NCBI GenBank assembly: GCA_030390025.1
Contig: CM059432.1
Span: 116,748,001 to 116,812,000 of the forward strand
Direction: 5' to 3'
Source: Squalus acanthias
Lineage: Eukaryota
Length of the DNA stretch: 64,000 bases
The notes beneath the pieces were generated by a model. The model did not search any database. It worked only from the letters and a program-made list of their open reading frames with translations, and was not told the DNA's origin. Within the stretch, counting starts at the first letter, position 1; every line of letters begins with the position of its first letter. Below are positions 38,026 through 49,050 of this stretch, piece by piece. Position numbers and translations under genes: made by a program.

Positions 38026-41000
38026 ATGCAGTCAGAAACAAATGTTAGAAGGGTGAGAAACAATAAGGGAAATCCGAGTAAACAAAGGCAAGAAACACAA
38101 AGGGCCATACTAAATCATAAGTCTAAAAGGACAAAGGGTGTTAATAAAACAAGCCTAAAGGCTCTGGGGTAAAAATTCACTTGGTTGCGCCACCCGTTAG
38201 CGCCTTAAGAGGGCGCTAATGGGGCGTTAAGCCGCTAACGCCCGGGCGCAGCGATGTTTGCGCCGCTCGAGAACTTAACTTGAGATTGTGCGGCGGCGCT
38301 AAAACTTCCCGCTGCGACCACCTGCGCGCGCAGATTGTGACGTCATTCCATGGTGCAACGCCCTTGGGGCGCCCCGGAGCGGAAATTGAGTGGCGCCCCC
38401 TGCCTTACCGCCTGGCGCTTCCAACGACCGGAAGACTGGAACGCTATCAATCGGTGTGGGGCTGGGGGGGGCGCTATTTAAAGGGGGCCTCTTCCTGTCT
38501 TTTTCTGTGGTCGACATTTATGCACCACTCGTTCTGAGAGAGAGAGAGAAATTCGGAGAGAGAGAGAGAGAGACTTCTACATTGACTCAACGCTTTGTGA
38601 GGTAGTTTTGCCTATTCATCCTAACTTTGTTGCTACTTTAGTTGCTGTACCTCATTACTTTTCTGGCAAAGAGAATATGGGGGCTGCAATGATTGGGGGC
38701 GTCGTCCTGCTCCAGCTGAATCGGAGGATACCGAGACGCAGACAGAGAGTGGCAATGATGGCCAGACGGAGGAGGGCCATCAGGCGCATGTACAGGAGAG
38801 CTTACCCTCCCAGGGTATATCGTGAATAGCTCTCCTACATCCATATGTCCGAGGAGCTGTGTTTGCGAAGGCTGCAATTCAGCAAGGAGGTGGTCACTGA
38901 GCTCTGCCACCTGCTGCAGCCAGATCTGCAGCCTCAGCTGAGGTCCAGGACGTCTCTGTCGGTGGCAGTGAAGGTCACAGTGGCTTTGAACTTCTACGCC
39001 ACTGGCTCATTCCAAGCTGCTGTTGGGGACCTCGCCAATATCTCCCAGTTTGCGGTGCATCGCTGCATCTGGCAGGTCACCAATGCCCTCTTCAGAAGGA
39101 GACGAGACTTCATCTCTTTCCCTATGACCCCAGACAAGCAGCGTGACCGTGCTCTGGGATTTGCGAGGGTAGCGGGCTTCCCCATGGTGCAGGGCGCCAT
39201 TGACTGCACGCATGTGGCTTTGCGTGCTCCGCGAGAGAATGCAGAGGTATTCAGGAACAGAAAGGGGTTCCATTCCTTGAATGTGCAGTTGGTCTGTGAC
39301 CACAGACAGGTGATACTCGCTGTCAATGCCCACTATCCGGGCAGCTGCCACGATGCTTTCATCCTGCGCCAGACTACTGTGGCAGAAGTTTTCGAGGCAC
39401 CGCATCAGCCAGTTGGTTGGCTTCTGGGGGACAAGGGGTACGCATTGAGCACCTGGCTGATGACACCGCTCCGTACGCCAAACACCCCTGCTGAGCTGCG
39501 GTACAATGAAAGCCATCAAGCAACCAGGAACATTATTGAGCGCACCATCGGCGTGCTGAAACAACGGTTCCGCTGTCTGGACCATTCCGGAGGAGCCCTG
39601 CAGTACTCGCCTGAGCAAGTATCGAACTTCGTAGTCGTGTGCTGCATGTTGCACAACATGGCAATCCTCAAGACCCAGCCAATGCCACCAGGCCTTGTAG
39701 CACCACCAGAGGAGGAGGAGGAGGAAGAGGAGGAAGAGGACGAGGACGATGATCATCAGCAGCACCAAGGCAGGAGGGCGGCCTACAATGGTCAAACTGC
39801 AAGGGCCGTCCGTCAACGACTAATAGCAAGCCGCTTCTAGAGCCCCTGCCATTGCTACAAACACTAATCAACCCAGCACGCAACCCCTAAGCCGGCCAAG
39901 GCACCAATAATTCCAACCACCAGCCATGTATATTTTGAATACAGAAACTTATTTATTTTACAAACTCTGTGTGTGTCAATTCCTCATGACAAACTCATAG
40001 AAATAAACACAAAAAAACAGTCAATAACATAACTGGTTCTCACAACCTGGAGATAATGTCCAAAACACTAAACAAAAGTTGGACCATGAACCTCGGCCTT
40101 TAATAAAAAAATGACCAGCATTTTGTCACACCTCCTACTTTTTGCCCTTCGAGGGTGATCTCCTTCCCTTGCGCACTTCCCCCCTTCTAACCCTACTGCT
40201 CCTCCGTAATGGGACCTCAGTGGCTGCAGCAAGGCTGGTGGAAGGCTGCTGCTCGTCAGACCCTGACACTGCAGATGCCCCTGAAGGACGGCCTCGACCA
40301 CTTCTGGGCCTGGAGGGCCCGGCTGCAGACTGCACCAACTCTGCATGGGCGGCAGCAGTCTGTCCTACAGGCGGTGGCAAGTGCAGTGGAGAAGTGACAG
40401 TGTTGGCAGCAGGAATGCTGTCATCGTGAGAGAGGCCAGCAACTCCCTGCTCGCCCGACACACTGGCACTCCCACGGGGCAGCACTTCAGCATCCGGAGC
40501 AATCTGCCGGAGAACAGATTGCTGGCCTGCTGCGGCGCGGTGACAGCCCCGGGGACATGTGCACGAACCATCGAGGTTGGCAGCAGTCTGTGCTCGCGTG
40601 GCCTCCATCTGAGTCTGTATGAGAGCAGTCAGAGGTGGGATCACGGCAGCCAGTGACTGAATTGCAGCACTAAGCGTTAGTGTGGCATCCGCCTGTGCTA
40701 CAGCGAAGTGCTCCACACTCCTTGCCAGTGACTCAATGCATTCGGGTACCCTTCCCACTGCACCCATGAGCTCAGTGTGCATGCCCACCGCCTGGGTGTT
40801 CATTTCTGCAATCAGCTGCTCCTCCTCTGCGTCCATTGCAGTAGGAGTGTCTGGCATACTCTCCCTCTGGGGAGAAGGCCCCCATTCTTCCCTACCCCCC
40901 CCATGGCGTTGCTGCAGCCCGCTGGGTCCTGGAGCTTCACCATCATCAGACCCTTCCCCCCTGCTCCCCTCCGGGGAAGGCGTGTTCCCAGTGTGGGCAT

Positions 41001-44000
41001 GGGCTTCCTCGGGAGAGGGTGGCACTGATGCTCCGGCTTCCTCTTCCTCCTCGGCTGCAGCTTCACTCCCACTGGCAGCTTCAGGGCCCGTCTCCTCAGC
41101 TGGTGAATCACCATCTGAAAGCAGGGAGGTACAAGAGTGGCTTTAGCGTGAGGACAGGGTGGCAGTAAGGGAGGAATAAATGCAGCGAGTAAGCAAGTTG
41201 GATTGAAAGTGTCAAAGGCTGGTGTTGTGAGGGACAAGTGGAAGGACAGAGGACAAAAAGGTGATGACCTTACCATTGCTGTCCACAACGGGGTCGGCGT
41301 CTCCAGTGGCGACGGGACCGATCACCCGGCTTGCCACAATCCTGTGGACGCGCTCCTCCAGATCGCTGAGGGGTTGCAGCTGAAGCCGCCCTCCACCTGT
41401 CCGTTGCTGCTGTCTCCTATTATGAGCCAGCTTAGCCTGCAAGAAAAAGGACAGCATCTGAGTAAATATACAGCCATGGTCTTGCCTGATGTGCCTCCCA
41501 TAAGTGAATAGCCCTTACAATATACAGCCATGGTCTTGCCTGATGTGCCTCCCATAGGTGAATAGCCCTTACTGTATGCAGCCATGGTCTTGCCTGATGT
41601 GCCTCCCATAGGTGGATAGCCCTTACTGTATGCAGCCATGGTCTTGCCTGATGTGCCTCCCATAGGTGAATAGCCCTTACTGTATGCAAAGTGTGGAATG
41701 TGTGTGTGTGTTTGATGAAAGGGCCATAGGTGTTGGATGAGTGTTGTGCATTGGGGTTTTAAGACCCTCTGGCCATAGAGTGAGGTTGAGATGGAGGGAT
41801 GGAGAGGTATTGAGAAAAAGCCACTCACCCTGAGGACCCGAGTGAGGTCGTTGAACTTTTTGCGGCATTGAGTATGGGTCCTGGGCACCATGCTCCTGGA
41901 GGAGACGCTCTGAGCCACCTCCCTCCACACTCTTCTGAACTCGCGTGGCAAAGGCCTCCTGCCACTCTCAGGGAACAGCATACATCGTCTGCGCTCCACT
42001 GCGTCAACCAGAGCATCCAAGGCCCGCTCGGTGAAGCGATGAGCGTGTTCTCTCACCCTCTCCATGCTTGGCAGCAAAATGGATTCACAGGTCTCTCCAG
42101 GCTGAGATTCAAGGCTGCAATGAGCAGGGTGTGGCTGGGGAGCAAGTGGCCCCCCCCGCTTTAAGAAGTGTCCGGCGCCACTGTGTCTGTGTTCCCTCGC
42201 TAACTGGCAGCAGCTGCGCTGCGCTCGCGCGCTGAGTTAGCGCCTCACTCCTTGGCCTTTGCGCCTTAAGACAGGTGTGCAGCGCCTGCTTTAGCGCTCC
42301 ACTCACCTCCCGGGGCGGTAAAAGTGAAGTTTCCTGTCAGTGCCGATAATTAGCGCCAGGCGCTAATATTTGCGTCCGGACGATATTTGCGCCCCAAATG
42401 GGACGCGACCTAATTTCTACCCCTCTGTGTCTTAATGCAAGGAGTATCCGTAATAAGGTGGATGAATTCACTGTGCAAATTGATATTAATGGATATGATG
42501 TGATTGGGATTACAGAGACGTGGCTCCAGAACAATCAAGGCTGGGAACTGAATATCCAGGGGTATTCAACATTCAGGAAGGATAGAATAAAAGGAAAAGG
42601 GGGTGGGGTAGCATTGCTGGTTAAAAAGGAGATTAATGCAATAGCTAGGAAGGACATTAGCTTGGAGGATGTGGAATCAATATGGGTTGAGCTGCAGAAC
42701 ACCAAAGGGCAGAAAACGTTAGTGGGGGTTGTGTACAGACCTCCAAACAATAGTAGTGAGGTGGGGCAGGGTATGAAACAGGAAATCAGAGGTGCATGCA
42801 AAAAAGGCGCAGCAGTTATCATGGGTGACTTTAATATGCATATAGATTGGGCTACTCAAACTGGAAGCAATACGGTGGAGGAGGATTTCCTGGAGTGTTT
42901 AAGGGATGGTTTCCTAAACCAATATGTTGAGGAACCAACTAGAGGGGAGGCCATCCTGGACTGGGTGTTGTGTAATGAGGAAGGACTAATCAGCAATCTT
43001 GTGGTGCGAGGCCCCTTGGGGAAGAGTGACCATAGTATGGTGGAGTTCTACATTAGGATGGAGAAGGAAACAGTTAATTCAGAGACCATGGTCCAGAACT
43101 TAAATAAGGGCAACTTTGAGGGTATGAGGTGTGAATTGGCGAGGTTAGATTGGCAAGCGATATTTAAGGGGTTATCAGTGGAAGGGCAATGGCAGACATT
43201 TAGAGATCGCATGGATGAACTACAGCAATTGTACATCCCTGTCTGGCGTAAAAATAAAAAAGGGAAGGTGGCTCAACCATGGCTAACAAGGGAAATCAGG
43301 GATAGTATTAAAAGCAAGGAAGTGGCATACAAATTGGCCAGAAGTAGCAGCAAACCCGGGGACTGGGAGAACTTTAAAACTCAGCAGAGGAGGACGAAGG
43401 TTTTGATTAGGGCAGGGAAAATAAAATATGAAAGGAAGCTTGTGGAGAACATTAAAACGGACTGCAAAAGCTTCTATAAATATGTAAAAAGAAAGAGGTT
43501 AGTAAAAACAAACGTAGGTCCCCTGCAGTCAGAAACAGGGGAAGTCATAATGGGGAACAAAGAAATGGCAGATCAATTGAACAAGTACTTTGGTTCGGTG
43601 TTTACTGTGGAGGACACAAACAACCTTCCGGAAATAAAAGAGATCAAAGGATCTGGTAAGAGGGAGGAGCTGAGGGAAATCCTTATCAGTCGGGAAAAGG
43701 TGTTGGGGAAATTGATGGGACTGAAGGCTGATAAATCCCCAGGGCCTGATGGTCTGCATCCCAGAGTACTTAAGGAGGTGGCCTTGGAAATAGTGGATGC
43801 ATTGACGATCATTTTCCAACATTCCTTAGACTCTGGATCAGTTCCGAAGGAGTGGAGGGTGGCTAATGTAACCCTTCTTTTTAAAAAAGGAGGGAGGGAG
43901 AAAGCAGGGAATTATAGACCGGTCAGTCTGACATCAGTGGTGGGTAAAATGATGGAATCAATTATTAAAGATGTCATAACAGACCATTTGGAAAGTGGTG

Positions 44001-45223
44001 ACATGATAGGTCCAAGTCAGCATGGATTTGTGAAAGGGAAATCATGCTTGACAAATCTTCTGGAATTTTTTGAGGATGTTTCCAATAGGGTGGATGGGGG
44101 GGAACCAGTAGATGTGGTGTATTTGGACTTTCAGAAGGCCTTCGACAAGGTCCCACACAAGAGATTGGTGTGCAAAGTTAAAGCACATGGGATTGGGGGT
44201 AATGTGTTGATTTGGATTGAGAACTGGTTGGCACACAGGAAACAAAGAGTAGGAGTAAATGGGTACTTTTCAGAATGGCAGGCAGTGACCAGCGGGGTAC
44301 CGCAGGGTTTGCTGCTGGGGCCCCAGCTGTTTACATCATATATTAATGATTTGGACGAAGGGATTAATTGTAATATCTCCAAATTTGCGGATGACACTAA
44401 ATTGGGAGGCAGTGTGAACAATGAGGAGGATGCTAGGAGGCTACAGAGTGACTTGGACAGGTTGGGTGAATGGGCAAATGTATGGCAGATGAAGTACAAT
44501 GTGGATAAATGTGAGGTTATCCACTTTGGTGGTAAAAATAGGGAGGCAGACTATTACCTGAATGGTGGCAGATTAGGGAAAGGGGAGGTGCAACGAGACC
44601 TGGGCGTCATGGTACATCAGTCACTGAAGGTGGGAAGGCAAGTGCAGCAGGCAGTCAAGAAAGCAAATGGCATGATGGCCTTCATAGCAAGGGGATTTGA
44701 GTACAGGAGTAGGGAGGTGATGCTACAGTTGTACAGGGCCTTGGTGAGGCCACACCTGGAGTATTGTGTGCAGTTTTGGTCTCCTAACTTGAGGAAGGAC
44801 ATTCTTGCTATTGAGGGAGTGCAACGAAGGTTCACTAGATTGATTCCTGTGATGGCCAGACTGACATATCAAGAAAGACTGGATCAACTGAACTTGTATC
44901 CTCTGGAGTTCAGAAGAATGAGGGGGGATCTTATAGAGACGTTTAAAATCCTGACTGGTTTAGACAAATTAGATGCGGGCAGAATGTTTCCAATGTTAGG
45001 GAAAACTAAAACCAGGGGTCACAGTCTAAGGATAAAGGGGAAGCCATTTAAGACTGAGATGAGGAGGAACTTCTTCACCCAGAGAGTGGTGAATCTGTGG
45101 AATTCTCTACCACAGAAGGTTGTTGAGGCCAGTTCGCTAAATATATTCAAAAGGGAGTTAGATATAATACTCACAACTAGGGGGATCAAGGGGTATGGCG
45201 AGAAAGCAGGAATGGGGTACTGA
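38026..45223 (+). CDS. CR1 ORF2 endonuclease/reverse transcriptase, interrupted by Harbinger (join 38026-38165, 42427-45223; 978 aa reconstructed)
   Basis: Removing 38166-42426 restores ...KTSLKALCLNARSIRNK with no stops. EN motifs (GITETW, MGDFN, SDH) and RT motifs (YLDFQKAFD, GVPQG, FADD) are present. Confidence 0.93.
38677..39840 (+). pseudogene. Harbinger (HARBI1-like, DDE_Tnp_4) transposase with a single premature TAG
   Basis: GAIDCTH, RKGFHSLNVQLVCD, YPGSCHDAFI, LLGDKGY, RNIIERTIGVLKQRFRCL. ATG 38677 is in frame with ORF 38845-39840, with only TAG 38827-29 between them. Confidence 0.92.
40135..42065 (-). CDS. Harbinger Myb/SANT-like (trihelix) DNA-binding protein, 3 exons: 42065-41829, 41436-41274, 41114-40135 (459 aa)
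   Basis: Exon 1 RFTERALDALVDAV...WREVAQSVSS...RTHTQCRKKFNDL; exon 2 AKLAHNRRQQQRTGGG...LSDLEERV. GT-AG junctions (GTGAGT/TTGCAG, GTAAGG/TTTCAG) join in frame with no stops. Basic C-terminus RRSSRVRR...KGKK. Confidence 0.88.
41468..41688. repeat. 54-bp minisatellite x4 in intron 1 of the Myb-like gene
   Basis: CAGCCATGGTCTTGCCTGATGTGCCTCCCATA(A/G)GTG... starts at 41471, 41525, 41579 and 41633. Confidence 0.95.
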
Positions 45224-45507
45224 GGTAGCATGTTCAGCCATGAACGCATTAAATGGCGGTGCAGGCTCGAAGGACCGAATGGTCTACTCCTGCACCTATT
45301 TTCTATGTTTCTATGTTTCTATGTAATTCAAATTCTAAAACTACCATGGTGGAATTTGAACTCACGTTCTCTGGACTTTTAGTCCAGACCTCAGGCTTAA
45401 TAGGAACATAAGAACAGGAATAGGCCATTCAGCCCCTCGAGCCCATTCTGCATTCAGTTAGATCATGGCTGATCTGTATCTTAACTCCATTTACCCACCT
45501 TGGTTCC

Positions 45508-47030
45508 AACAACAACTTGCATTTATATAGTGCCTTAAATGTAGTAAAATGTCCCAAGGAGCTTCACAGGAGCGTTAATAAACAAAATTTGACAACAAGC
45601 CACATAAGGGGATATTAGGGCAGATGACCAAAAGCTTGGACAAAAAGATAGGTTTTAAGGAGTGTCTTAAATGAGGAAAGAGAGATAGAGAGGTAGAGAG
45701 GCGGAGAGGATTAGGGAGGGAATTACGGCTCGGCAGCCAATTGGCAGGCAAGGCCATCAATGGTGGAGCGATTAAAATCGGGGATGCGCAAGAGGCCAGA
45801 ATTGGAGGAGCGCAGATATCTCATAGGGTTGTAGGGCTGGAGGAAGTTACAAAGGGAGGGGCGAGGCCATGGAGGGAATTGAAAACAAGGATGAGGATTT
45901 TAAAATCGAGGCGCTGCTTAACCGGGAGCCAATGCTGGTCAGCGAGTACAGGGGTGATGGGTGAACGGGACTTAGTGTGAGTTAGGACACGGGCAGCAGG
46001 GTTTTGGATGAGCTCAAGTTTATGGAGGGTGACAGCTGGGAGGCTAGCCAAGAGAGCATTGGAATAGTCAAGTCTAGAGTTAACAAAGGCATGAATGCAG
46101 CAGATGAGCTAAGGCGGGGCGGAGTCGGGCGATGTTACGGAGGTGGAAATAGGCAGTCTTGATGATGGAGCGGTATGTGGTCGGAAGCTCATCTCAGGGT
46201 CAAATACGACACCAAGGTTGAGAACAGTCTGGTTCAGACTCAGACAATTGCCAGGGAGAGGGGTGGAGTCAGTGGCTAGGGAACAGAGTTTGTGGTGTGG
46301 ACCGAAGATAATGGCTCCGGACTTCCCAATATTTAGTTGAAGGAAATTTCTGCTCATCCAGTACTGGATGTCGGACAAGCAGTCTGACAATTTAGAGAGT
46401 GGAGGTGTCGAGAGAAGTGGTGGTGATGTAGAGTTGGGTGTTGTCAGCGTACATGTGGAACCTAACGTTGTTTTTTCGGATGATGTCGCCGAGGGGCAGA
46501 ATGTAGATGAGAAATAGGAGGGGACCAAAGATAGATCCTTGGGGGACACCAGAGGTAACGGTGCAAGTGTGGGAAGAGAAGCCATTGCAGGTGATTCTCT
46601 GGCTACAATGAGATAGCTAAGAATGGAACCAGGCGAGTGCAGTCCCACCCAGCTGGATGATGGTGGAGAGGCGTTGGAGGAGGATGGTGTGGTCAACCGT
46701 GTCAAAGGTGGCAGACAGGTCGAGAAGGACGAGAAGGGATAGTTTATCACAGTCACATAGGATGTCATTTGTGACTTTGCTAAGTGCCGTTTCAGTACTG
46801 TGGCAGGGGCGGAAACCAGATTGGAGGGATTCAAACATGGAGTTCCGGGAAAGGTGGGCACAGATTTGGGAGACGACAACACGTTGAAGGACTTTGGAAA
46901 GGAAATGAAGGTTGGAGATGGAGTGGTAGTTTGCAAGGACAGTGGGGTCAAGGATTTGTTTTTTGGGGAGAGGGGTGTTGACGGCAGATTTGAAGGTGGG
47001 GGGGGACAATACCTGAGGAGAGAGAACCGT
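45508..47030 (-). mobile_element. 5'-truncated L2-clade LINE
   Basis: RT motifs LQSGFRPCHSTETAL...LLVLLDLSATFDTVDH (ORF 46617-47009), HWLPVKQRLDFKIL, and a (TTG)n tail at 45508. Confidence 0.9.
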
Positions 47031-48225
47031 AGCCTTTATTATCCTTGCCTAACAAAAATCTATCCATCTCAGTTTTTAAATTTTCAATTCGCATAGCTTC
47101 AGCAGCTTTTTGGGGGAGAGAGTTCCAGATTTCCACTATCTTTTGTGTGAAGAAGTGCTTCCTGACATCACCTCTGTATGCCCCCTTGTTCTGGACTCTA
47201 CCACCTGAGGAAATAGTTTCTCTCTATCTACCCTATCAAATCATCTTAAATGCTTCAATTAGATCACCCTTTAATCTTCTATACCCAAGGAAATAGAAGC
47301 CTAGCCTATGCAACCTGTCCTCATAATTTAACCCTTGTAGCCCTGGTATCATTCTGGCGAATCTGTGCTGCTCCCCCTCCAAGGTCAATATATCCTTCCT
47401 GAGGTGCGGTGCCCAGAACTGAACGCTGTATTCCAGATGGGGTCTAACCAGAGCTCTGTACAGCTGTAACATAACTTCCACCCCTTTGTATTTCAGCCTC
47501 TTTAGATAAAGGCAAACATTCCATTAGCCTTTTAAATTATTTTTTGTACCTGCCCAATAGTTTTCAGTGATTTATATACTTGGAACCCTAAATCTCTTTG
47601 CTCATCCGCAATTCCTAGTTTCTCACCATTTAGTAAATACTCTGATCTATCTTTCTTATGTCCAAAGTGGATGGCCTCATATTTCATCACATTGAACTCC
47701 ATCTACCACAGTTTTGCCCACTCACTTAATCTATCAATATCCCTTTGCAACTTTCTACTCCCATCTACACTATTTACTGTGCCACCTAATTTAGTGTCAT
47801 CAGCAAACTTAGATATACAACTCTCTACTCCTTCATCCAAATCATTTATAAATATAGTGAAAAGCTGAGGCCCCGGTACAGATCCCTGAGAGACACCACT
47901 AGCCACATCCTGCCAATTAGTATATATACCCATTATCCCTACTCTCTGTCTCCTACTTCCAAACCAATTCCCTCGCCAAGCCAATAGATTGCCTCCAATT
48001 CAATGTGCTCTCATTTTTGTTAACAGTCTCTTATGTGGAACCTTGTCGAATGCCTTCTGGAAGTCCCGATAAACAGCATCCATTGACACTCCCTTATCTA
48101 CTATGTTTGTTACATCCTCAAAAAATTGGACTAGGATTGGTAGACATGACTTACCCTTTACAAACCCATGCTGGCTCTTTCTGATCAGCTCATATTTGTC
48201 CAAATGTTCAGTCATTCTGTCCAGT
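47030..48225 (-). mobile_element. Degenerate CR1 LINE fragment
   Basis: ORFs 47236-47481, 47703-47984 and 48000-48233 carry CR1 RT motifs (QHGFVKGKSC, KFADDTKLGG, LVRPHLEY). Confidence 0.88.
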
Positions 48226-48659
48226 ACTCGCACCTCTACACTACTGTACCCAAAGTCGGGTTTAAATTTTTAACGCATTTTTGAATTAACAGCTGGAGAG
48301 GAAAATAAAAGCATTTAACAATTAATACGTCATCATTCAAACAGTTTAAATGTCAGATTAAATGAAGAGCAATCTAAAATTTTTAATAGTAATCCCGAAA
48401 AATTGCTGTGGATACCTTTAAATGTTTTAGAGAGCTGGACCGACATTGTGCAGAATTTTAATATTACATAGAATGTATAGCACAGAAACAACGGCCCAAC
48501 TGGTCCATGCTGGTATTTATGGTCCCCATGAGCCTCCTCCCACCCCTCTTCATCTAACCCTTCCAGCATAACCTTCCACATTTTTATGAATTAATTTTAC
48601 TAATAATACTACTACATTGTAGAATACGAAACACACGCATCTGGAAGTACAACTATTCC

Positions 48660-48977
48660 TTATTTTTTATTCATTCATGGGATGGGGCATCACTGGCAAG
48701 GCCAGCATTTATTGCCCATTCCTAATTGCCCTCGAGAAGGTGGTGGTGAGCTGCCTTCTTGAACTGTTGCAGTCCGTGTGGTGAAGGTGCTCCCACAGTG
48801 CTGTTAGGTAGGGAGTTCCAGGATTTTGACCCAGTGACGATGAAGGAACTTCCAAGTCAGGATGATGTGTGACTTGGATGGGAACTTGGAGGTGATGGTG
48901 TTCCCATGCGCCTGCTGCCCTCGTCCTTCTAGGTGGAAGAGGTCGCGGGTTTGGGAGGTGCTGCTGAAGAAGCCTTG
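48660..48977 (-). mobile_element. Family B LINE 3' end fragment
   Basis: Reverse complement of the 12200-12530 region, including the tail. Confidence 0.85.
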
Positions 48978-49050
48978 GCTTCCCAACAGAAAAATACTAG
49001 TATTGGGCAAAATGTTTTTATGGAGATATCACGGCTTTTATAAATATATT

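Larger units (their letters stand above)
38166..42423. mobile_element. Complete two-gene PIF/Harbinger DNA transposon, 4258 bp
   Basis: TIRs GGGGTAAAAATT / AATTTCTACCCC (1 mismatch), 3-bp TSD TCT (38163-65 and 42424-26), convergent transposase and Myb/SANT genes. Confidence 0.95.
36617..45324 (+). mobile_element. Full-length CR1 (HER1-like) LINE, ~4.45 kb after removing the Harbinger insert
   Basis: GC-rich 5' UTR with tandem repeat, ORF1, ORF2 (EN+RT), 3' UTR and (TTTCTATG)3 tail. Confidence 0.93.

Noticed and set aside
39007..39816. Long antisense ORFs over TE coding regions (also 35117-35746, 40682-41146, 44131-44499)
   Set aside because: Shadow ORFs of real TE coding sequence with no independent motifs.
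38845..39840. Domesticated host gene HARBI1
   Set aside because: It lies between TIRs with a TSD, is paired with a Myb gene, is inserted in a LINE and has a nonsense codon, so it is a transposon copy.
41468..41688. CRISPR-like array
   Set aside because: Head-to-tail 54-bp units with no unique spacers, no cas genes, eukaryotic context.
42398..42426. ATG-initiated 941-aa ORF as a novel Harbinger-RT fusion gene
   Set aside because: The first residues (MGRDLISTP) are chance read-in from the Harbinger right end. The true ORF2 start lies left of the insertion.
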